A stretch of DNA of 63,715 nt from Gammaproteobacteria bacterium (lineage in GTDB: Bacteria; Pseudomonadota; Gammaproteobacteria; Eutrophobiales; Eutrophobiaceae): NCBI GenBank assembly GCA_024278135.1, contig JAJRTU010000321.1, positions 1-63,715 of the forward strand, given 5' to 3'. Shown here one piece after another: positions 54,227 through 61,279 of the stretch. Both the position numbers and the translations under genes were made by a program. A model generated the notes under the pieces. That model was given only the letters and a program-made list of their open reading frames with translations. It did not search any database and was not told where the DNA came from. Position 1 is the stretch's first letter, and the number at the start of each line of letters is the position of its first letter.

Positions 54227-54299
54227 CAAGCCCCTTCAGTACATCGCTTCCAGGTCTGACTCTTTAACAATGCTGAGTATATATGCATAGGAGACAGCC

Positions 54300-55496
54300 A
54301 TGAGTAAACTTGATCCCAAGCTGTATGGCAATGACACCAATGCGGTGCGTGCCGGCCAACAACGCAGCAGCGAAGGTGAAAACAGCGAGCCGATATTTAC
54401 CAGTTCCAGTTTCACCTTTAAAAGCGCCGCCGAGGCGGCCGCCAGATTCGCCGGTGATGAATCGGGTAACATCTATTCACGTTTCACCAATCCAACGGTC
54501 AGGACCTTTGAAGAAAGACTGGCGGCACTGGAAGGGGGAGAGCGTTGCGTGGCCACCTCCTCCGGCATGAGCGCGATACTCAGTACCTGTATGGGGCTGT
54601 TGAAAGCGGGGGATCACATCGTCTCTTCCGCCAGTATTTTCGGTACCTCTGTCAGTCTGTTCAGCAAGGTACTGTCGAAATTCGACCTGCACACCAGCTT
54701 TGTCACATTGACCGACTACAATGCCTGGGAAGCGGCGATCCGTCCCGAGACTCGTATGCTGTTTCTGGAAACCCCGTCCAACCCGCTGACTGAAATCGCC
54801 GATATTCGTCGTCTGGCGGATCTGGCCCACAGTCGGGACTGTTTACTGGTTGTTGATAATTGTTTTTGTACGCCGGTTTTGCAGCGTCCATTTGAGCTGG
54901 GTGCCGATATTGTTATCCACTCCGCCACCAAATACCTTGATGGTCAGGGACGCTGTATTGGTGGCGCGGTGATTGGCAGGGAAGATGTGGTCGGGGAAGA
55001 TATCTTTGCTTTTCTGCGCACTGCCGGACCAAGCATGAGTCCGTTCAATGCATGGGTATTTCTCAAAGGTCTGGAGACCCTGAGGTTGCGTATGCAGGAA
55101 CATTGCCGAAACGCACAACAAATTGCCGAATGGTTGATGCGACAGGAGGGTATCGAAAAAGTGTATTATCCCGGCTTGCAAGGTCATCCCCAGCACGCAC
55201 TGGCCAGGACACAACAAAGCGGTTTCGGGGGCATTGTCAGTTTTGAGCTTGTAGGTGGAAAGGCCGCCGCCTGGCGGTTTATTGATGCGACAGAGCTGTT
55301 TTCAATTACGTCCAATCTGGGGGACACCAAGAGTACCATCACCCACCCCGCCAGCACGACCCATAACAAGCTAAGCGATGCGGAACGTCAGGCAGTGGGT
55401 ATCAATGAGGGGCTGATCCGTTTATCTCTGGGGCTTGAAGATATCAATGATATTAAAGCTGATTTACATAAAGGTTTCCTTAAGGTATTAAAATAA
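54300..55496 (+). CDS. metZ: O-succinylhomoserine sulfhydrylase
   Basis: GNIYSRFTNPTV, SGMSAI, ETPSNP, VVDNCFCTP, HSATKYLDGQGR, NLGDTKSTITHPASTTH. Confidence 0.93.
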   Translation: MSKLDPKLYGNDTNAVRAGQQRSSEGENSEPIFTSSSFTFKSAAEAAARFAGDESGNIYSRFTNPTVRTFEERLAALEGGERCVATSSGMSAILSTCMGLLKAGDHIVSSASIFGTSVSLFSKVLSKFDLHTSFVTLTDYNAWEAAIRPETRMLFLETPSNPLTEIADIRRLADLAHSRDCLLVVDNCFCTPVLQRPFELGADIVIHSATKYLDGQGRCIGGAVIGREDVVGEDIFAFLRTAGPSMSPFNAWVFLKGLETLRLRMQEHCRNAQQIAEWLMRQEGIEKVYYPGLQGHPQHALARTQQSGFGGIVSFELVGGKAAAWRFIDATELFSITSNLGDTKSTITHPASTTHNKLSDAERQAVGINEGLIRLSLGLEDINDIKADLHKGFLKVLK

Positions 55497-55778
55497 AAGA
55501 AGTTTTTGTTCTACGTGCCCTGAAGTTATCTGATGCGTAAAATAAAAGTATCTGGATTTCCCCCGGCATTTTGTGTTGAAATGCACGGATCAATTCCGTA
55601 AGCGGGCATAAGAGGGAGTAGCCGTAGCTGTCCGCACACGAAAAATAATTAAAAATCGGGTGGTATCAGCGGAACCCGTAAGAATTTGATTTCGTGAATG
55701 TGCCGGACGCCGCGTCGAGCATTTACATCTTTTTTTCCTTTTAACTTTACGAGCGATAATCCTGACAGGAGGACGACT

Positions 55779-56957
55779 ATGCCCGGACGTAATTTTCTTT
55801 ATATACCTGGCCCGACCAACGTGCCGCAACGGATCCGTAATGCCATGTCTCTGGAACAGGAAGACATGCGTGCTGCTGATTTCCCTGAGTTCACTCTGCC
55901 CCTGTTTGAAGACATGAAGAAGATGTTCAAGACAGAGACAGGCCGCGTGTTTATTTACCCCGCCTCCGGTACCGGTGGTTGGGAAGCCGCTGTGACCAAT
56001 ACCCTTTCCGCAGGTGACAAAGTTCTCATGTCACACTTCGGGCATTTCAGTTATCTGTGGGTGGATCTTTGTCAACGCCATGGTCTTGATGTGCAGGCCC
56101 TGGAAGTGGACTGGGGTGAAGGCGTGCCTGTGGAGCAATATGCCGATATTCTCAAGGCCGATACCAACAGGGAGATCAAGGCGGTATTCGCCACACAAAA
56201 CGAAACGGCCACCGGTGTCGCCAGTGATATCGCCGCCGTGCGCAAGGCCCTGGATGACGCCGATCACCCGGCCCTGTTGTTTGTCGACGGCGTCAGTTCC
56301 GTCGGGAGTCTGGATTTTCGTATGGACGAGTGGGGTGTGGATCTGTGTGTCAGTGGTTCACAAAAGGGTTTTATGTTGCCTACCGGTCTCGGTATTGTCT
56401 GTGCCAGCCAGAAAGCGCTGGAAGCACGCAAGAGCGCTACCTTGCCACGTACTTTTTTCTCCTTTGACGATATGATTGCCGGTAATGACAATGGCTTCTT
56501 TCCTTATACACCGCCGACCATACTGTTGCGCGGTTTGCGAGAGGCGGTGGACATGTTACTGGAAGAGGGGCTGGATAATGTCTTCGCCCGCCATACACGC
56601 ATGGCGACAGCAGTACGCAAGGCCGTCGCAGCCTGGGGCCTGACCCTGGTCGCCAATGAAGAAAAATGGTACTCCGATACGGTTTCCGCAATCTACGTGC
56701 CGGAAGGTTTTGATGGCAATGAAGTGGCACGTCATGCCTACAAATATTACAACCTGGCCCTGTCCATCAGTCTTGGCAAGATCGCCGGCAAGGCATTTCG
56801 TATCGGTCATCTGGGTGATTTGAACGAAATGATGCTGATGACGCCGCTGGCCGGTGCTGAAATGGCCATGCATGACCTGGGTATTCCACTGGAGTTAGGC
56901 AGCGGTGTGGCCGCGGCGCAGGAATATCTGTGCAGCACCAGGCAGGCACGTATCTGA
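55779..56957 (+). CDS. sgaA: Serine--glyoxylate aminotransferase (PLP class V)
   Basis: MPGRNFLYIPGPTNVP, SGTGGWE, NETATGV, GSQKG (PLP Lys), FPYTP, FRIGHLG; RBS AGGAGG; serine-cycle context. Confidence 0.88.
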   Translation: MPGRNFLYIPGPTNVPQRIRNAMSLEQEDMRAADFPEFTLPLFEDMKKMFKTETGRVFIYPASGTGGWEAAVTNTLSAGDKVLMSHFGHFSYLWVDLCQRHGLDVQALEVDWGEGVPVEQYADILKADTNREIKAVFATQNETATGVASDIAAVRKALDDADHPALLFVDGVSSVGSLDFRMDEWGVDLCVSGSQKGFMLPTGLGIVCASQKALEARKSATLPRTFFSFDDMIAGNDNGFFPYTPPTILLRGLREAVDMLLEEGLDNVFARHTRMATAVRKAVAAWGLTLVANEEKWYSDTVSAIYVPEGFDGNEVARHAYKYYNLALSISLGKIAGKAFRIGHLGDLNEMMLMTPLAGAEMAMHDLGIPLELGSGVAAAQEYLCSTRQARI

Positions 56958-56971
56958 TTTGACGTCGACTT

Positions 56972-57006
56972 GTCACCGAAATCACCTTCCGGGTGGTTTC
57001 GGTGAC
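56972..57006. repeat. Strong inverted repeat between sgaA and mcl
   Basis: GTCACCGAAATCACC-ttccg-GGTGGTTTCGGTGAC, 15-bp stem with one G-U pair. Confidence 0.7.
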
Positions 57007-57077
57007 GAAGCCTCGTAATGACAAATAGCTGATATCGACTTCAGTTCTTTGCCATTCCTTTACAGGAGACCTTTGCT

Positions 57078-58025
57078 ATGAGTTTTACTCAATACGAGCA
57101 GGCGCGTACACGTTTGCAACGCAGTGAGCTGGCCGTACCCGGCTCCAATCCTCAATTGTTTGATAAAGCCGCCAACTCAGCGGCCGATTTCGTCTTCCTT
57201 GATTGTGAAGATGCTGTTATTCCCGATGACAAGGAACAGGCACGTCGCAATATCATTGAGGCGCTGAATGATATTGACTGGCAGGGCAAGACGCTGTCCG
57301 TACGCATCAATGGGCTGGATACACACTACATGTATCGCGACGTGGTCGACATTGTCGAACAGGCGGGTGAGAACCTGGATACCATCCTGATCCCCAAAGT
57401 GGGTACTGCTGCCGATGTCTATGTGGTGGATTGTCTGTTGACCCAGATTGAAGATGCCATGGGTCTGAAGAAAAAGATCGGTCTTGAATGTCTGATCTAA
57501 ACCGCACTGGGCGGCGCCAACGTCATGTCCATCGCCCAGTCAAGCAGACGGCTTGAAGCCCTGCATTTTGGTGTGGCCGATTACGCTGCCAGCATGCGTG
57601 CACGGACGGTGGTGATTGGCGGTTTGAATCCAGACTACCAATGTGAAGGAGCCCTGGCTGATCAATGGCATGCGGCCCTGGTCAATATGGCCACGGCCTG
57701 TCGTGCCTATGGCCTGCGTGCCATCGACGGCCCCTTCGGGGACTTTAGTGATCCTGAGGCATTCAAGGCCGCCGCACGACGTGTTGCCGCTTTGGGATAC
57801 GAAGGCAAATGGGCTATTCATCCCAGCCAAATCGAGCTGGCGAATGAGGTGATGTCGCCGCCCGAAGCCGAAGTGACACGGGCAAAACGGACACTGGAAG
57901 CGTTGGAGGAAGCCGCCAAAGCGGGCAAGGGCGCAGCCCAGCTTGATGGCAAGATGATTGACGCTGCATCCGAACGTATGGCACGTAATATTGTCAGCCA
58001 GGCAGAGCTCATCGCCACACGTTAA
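57078..58025 (+). pseudogene. mcl: L-malyl-CoA lyase interrupted by in-frame TAA at 57498-57500
   Basis: MSFTQ...RLQRSELAVPGSNP, DCEDAV, RINGLDTHYMYRD, GLECLI*TALG (family motif IETALG), LHFGVADYAAS, DGPFGDF, GKWAIHPSQ; both halves in the same frame. Could be a sequencing error. Confidence 0.82.
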
Positions 58026-58110
58026 AGGTGGCAAAGAAAACATGCCGGCAGAATTCGTAATATCAATCTTTTAAGCTTTTAACTATTCAACTTTATCGGA
58101 GGTAGTCAAC

Positions 58111-59286
58111 ATGGATATCCATGAGTATCAGGCAAAAGAAATCCTCTCGGATTTCGGTATATTGATCCCGCCCGGCGGACTGGCTTACAGTCCTGAACAG
58201 GCCGTGTATCGATGTAAGGAAATCGGCGGCGACAAATGGGCCGTCAAGGCGCAGATCCATTCGGGTGCACGGGGTAAGGCGGGTGGCATTAAAATATGCA
58301 GTAACGATGATGAGATCTGGGATGCGGCTGATGAACTGCTCGGCAAGCGCCTGATTACCCATCAGACCGGTCCGCAGGGTAAGGTGGTCCACCGTTTATA
58401 CGTGGAAGCGGCCACAGACATAGAAAAAGAATATTACATCGGCTTCGTGCTGGATCGACAGATGGAGCGCGTGGCGGTGGTGGCATCGGCCGAGGGCGGA
58501 ATGGAGATCGAAGAGATATCACAGGGCAAACCCGATTCGCTCATCCGCGTTGCGGTGGAGCCGGCTGTGGGGATGCAACCCTTCCAGGCCCGTGAAATAG
58601 CCTTTAAGCTCGGCATAGAAAGATCTTTAATTTCTCAGGCGGTCACGACATTGCTGGGATGCTATCGTGCCTTTCGCGATATGGATGCCACCATGGTGGA
58701 GATTAACCCGCTGGTCGTGACCAAAGATCATCGTTTACTGGCCCTGGATGCCAAGGTCTCCTTTGATGATAACGCGCTGTTTCGCAGTCCCAACATATCT
58801 GAATTACGTGACAAGTCCCAGGAAGATCCGCGCGAAATGAAAGCGGCAGACCGGGGTCTGAGCTATGTCGGTCTGGAGGGAAATATCGGCTGTATTATCA
58901 ATGGTGCCGGTCTGGCCATGGCCACGATGGACATGATCAAACATGCAGGCGGTGAACCGGCTAATTTTCTTGATATCGGTGGTGGCGCCTCGGCTGATCG
59001 CGTCGCCAAAGCTTTCAATCTGGTCTTGTCCGATGACAAGGTGGAAACCATGGTGGTGAACATTTTTGCCGGTATCAATCGATGTGACTGGGTGGCTGAT
59101 GGCGTTGTGCAGGCCGTCAGCAAGATTGATCTGAAAATGCCTCTCATCGTCAGACTCTCCGGTACCAATCAGGACGAGGGCAGGCGGATTCTGAAAGACA
59201 GCGGCCTGCCGATTATTATGGCGGACACACTGCGGGATGTTGCCGAGAAAGCCGTCAAGGCCTGGCAGGAACATACGGGAAAATAA
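58111..59286 (+). CDS. mtkA: Malate--CoA ligase (malate thiokinase) beta subunit
   Basis: SucC fold with MtkA-type [35 protein letters not shown]. Confidence 0.88.
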   Translation: MDIHEYQAKEILSDFGILIPPGGLAYSPEQAVYRCKEIGGDKWAVKAQIHSGARGKAGGIKICSNDDEIWDAADELLGKRLITHQTGPQGKVVHRLYVEAATDIEKEYYIGFVLDRQMERVAVVASAEGGMEIEEISQGKPDSLIRVAVEPAVGMQPFQAREIAFKLGIERSLISQAVTTLLGCYRAFRDMDATMVEINPLVVTKDHRLLALDAKVSFDDNALFRSPNISELRDKSQEDPREMKAADRGLSYVGLEGNIGCIINGAGLAMATMDMIKHAGGEPANFLDIGGGASADRVAKAFNLVLSDDKVETMVVNIFAGINRCDWVADGVVQAVSKIDLKMPLIVRLSGTNQDEGRRILKDSGLPIIMADTLRDVAEKAVKAWQEHTGK

Positions 59287-59290
59287 CAAC

Positions 59291-60178
59291 ATGACTATAT
59301 TAATTGACGAAAACACCAGGGTACTGGTACAGGGATTTACCGGTCAGATCGGCACCTTCCATTCCACGGAAATGCTGGAGTACGGGACCAATATCGTGGG
59401 TGGCGTGACCCCCGGCAAAGGTGGCAACACACACCTGGAAAAGCCGGTATTCGATACGATGAAAGATGCTGTCGGGGAGACAGGCGCTGTGACCAGTATT
59501 ATATTTGTCCCTCCCCCCTTTGCTGCAGACAGTATCATGGAAGCAGCTGATGCCGGGATCAAGTATTGCGTCTGTATTACCGATGGCATCCCCGCCCATG
59601 ACATGATCCGCGTGAAGCGTTATATGCGTCGCTATCGGGAAAGTGAGAAGATGGTGCTGACCGGCCCCAACTGCGCCGGTACTATCAGTCCGGGGAAATC
59701 CATGATGGGCATCATGCCGGGTAATATATACACGGCCGGCAATGTCGGTATCATCGGTCGTTCAGGCACGCTCGGCTATGAAGCGGCCTCGCAAATGAAA
59801 GCGATGGGGATCGGTGTGTCCACCAGCGTCGGTATTGGTGGCGATCCCATCAATGGCAGCTCTTTTAGTGATCACCTGGCCCGTTTTGAAGAAGATCCGG
59901 ACACAAAAGCGGTGGTCATGATTGGTGAAATCGGTGGTCCACAGGAGACGGATGCCGCGCTGTTCTACAAGGAAAACATGAAGACACCGGTGATGGGATA
60001 TATCGCTGGACTGACGGCACCGAAGGGCCGCCGCATGGGACATGCCGGTGCCATTATTTCCGCCTTCGGTGAAAGTGCCGCGGAAAAAGTGGAGATATTG
60101 CAGGAATGCGGCGTCATTGTGGTGCCCAGTCCATCTGATTTTGGCACCGTAGTAAAAGACGTATTGGCGAAACTGTAA
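59291..60178 (+). CDS. mtkB: Malate--CoA ligase alpha subunit
   Basis: SucD fold; ITDGIPAHDMIRVKRYMRRY, GPNCAG, RRMGHAGAI. Confidence 0.88.
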   Translation: MTILIDENTRVLVQGFTGQIGTFHSTEMLEYGTNIVGGVTPGKGGNTHLEKPVFDTMKDAVGETGAVTSIIFVPPPFAADSIMEAADAGIKYCVCITDGIPAHDMIRVKRYMRRYRESEKMVLTGPNCAGTISPGKSMMGIMPGNIYTAGNVGIIGRSGTLGYEAASQMKAMGIGVSTSVGIGGDPINGSSFSDHLARFEEDPDTKAVVMIGEIGGPQETDAALFYKENMKTPVMGYIAGLTAPKGRRMGHAGAIISAFGESAAEKVEILQECGVIVVPSPSDFGTVVKDVLAKL

Positions 60179-60196
60179 AAATGCGGTCGTTACAAG

Positions 60197-60232
60197 GCAG
60201 GATGGGCAAAGGCTGCGCCGTGCCCATCCTGC
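60197..60232. repeat. REP-like palindrome
   Basis: GCAGGATGGGCA-aaggctgcgccg-TGCCCATCCTGC, 12-bp perfect inverted repeat in the mtkB-hpr spacer. Confidence 0.6.
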
Positions 60233-60277
60233 GTTATCAGTAGAAGTTGGGATAAGAACAGTGTCGGGAGGAAATTA

Positions 60278-61249
60278 ATGAGTAAACCCAGGGTAATCGT
60301 AACAAGAAAGTGGCCGGATCAGGTTGAACAGACACTACAGGAGTTGTTTGACGTACAGCTTAATGTGGATGATCACCAGATGAGTGTGTCGGAGTTACAG
60401 CAAGCGCTGCAAAGTGCTGATGCTCTGTGCCCGACGGTATCCGACAGCATCAATGCGGAAGTCCTTGATGTTGACTCGAAGCAGGCCAGGATACTTGGCA
60501 GCTATGGTGTCGGTTTTAATCACATCGATCTGGAGGCGGCGAAAGCCAATGCACTGGTGGTGACCAATACCCCGGATGTATTAACCGATTGCACTGCCGA
60601 TCTGGCGATGACACTGATGCTGATGATTGCCAGACGTGCCGGTGAAGGTGAACGTCATGTCCGCAGCAAAGAATGGACCGGCTGGCGTCCGACCCACATG
60701 ATCGGGACAAAAATCACCGGCAAGACGCTGGGCCTGATCGGTATGGGGCGTATTGCCCGGGCAATGGCACACAAGGCCCATCACGGTTTCGGTATGAAAA
60801 TTATTTTCAGCGATCCCTACCCGCCGCCACAGGACCTGCTTGATTCACTGCAGGCGGAATCGCGCGACAGTATGGAAGAGGTACTGCAGGAAGCGGATTT
60901 TGTTTCATTACATTGCCCGGGTGGCAAGGAAACCTGGCATCTGATCAATGAGGAACGACTGGCGATGATGAAATCCTCGGCCTTCTTGATTAATAGTGCC
61001 AGAGGTGATGTGGTGGATTCACAGGCCTTGATAGAAGCCTTGAAAACAGGCGGTATTGCCGGTGCCGGTCTTGACGTCTATGAAGGTGAACCCAACATCG
61101 CGGAAGAGTTTCTGACCCTGGATAATGTTGTCCTGTTACCGCACCTGGGCAGCGCTTCAATGGAGACCAGAGTGGCGATGGGTATGCGTGTGATAGATAA
61201 TCTGAAAGCATTTTTTGTCGGGGAAGAGCCACACGACCGTGTTGTATAA
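60278..61249 (+). CDS. D-glycerate dehydrogenase / hydroxypyruvate reductase (2-hydroxyacid dehydrogenase)
   Basis: GVGFNHID, TNTPDVLT, GLIGMGRIA, INSARG, GLDVYEGEP, LPHLGSA; serine-cycle context. Confidence 0.85.
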   Translation: MSKPRVIVTRKWPDQVEQTLQELFDVQLNVDDHQMSVSELQQALQSADALCPTVSDSINAEVLDVDSKQARILGSYGVGFNHIDLEAAKANALVVTNTPDVLTDCTADLAMTLMLMIARRAGEGERHVRSKEWTGWRPTHMIGTKITGKTLGLIGMGRIARAMAHKAHHGFGMKIIFSDPYPPPQDLLDSLQAESRDSMEEVLQEADFVSLHCPGGKETWHLINEERLAMMKSSAFLINSARGDVVDSQALIEALKTGGIAGAGLDVYEGEPNIAEEFLTLDNVVLLPHLGSASMETRVAMGMRVIDNLKAFFVGEEPHDRVV

Positions 61250-61279
61250 GAGCACCGTTTCCCTGAGTCCATCCCGTTT

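Noticed and set aside
55650..55675. T-box-like string AAAAATCGGGTGGTATCAGCG upstream of sgaA
   Set aside because: It deviates from the UGGNACC bulge consensus, there is no recognisable Stem I or specifier loop, and T-boxes are not expected in Gammaproteobacteria.
8991..57500. Stop-codon reassignment or pyrrolysine read-through as an explanation for the two in-frame stops
   Set aside because: The stops differ (TAG and TAA) and would need different residues (Leu and Glu). Both codons end many conserved genes at their normal positions here (TAG: nuoA, nuoH, nuoN; TAA: nuoK, icd). No pyl or suppressor genes are seen.
58111..60178. Calling these genes sucC/sucD
   Set aside because: The GINRCDW and HDMIRVKRYMRRY signatures and the sga/mcl/ppc context favour malate thiokinase.
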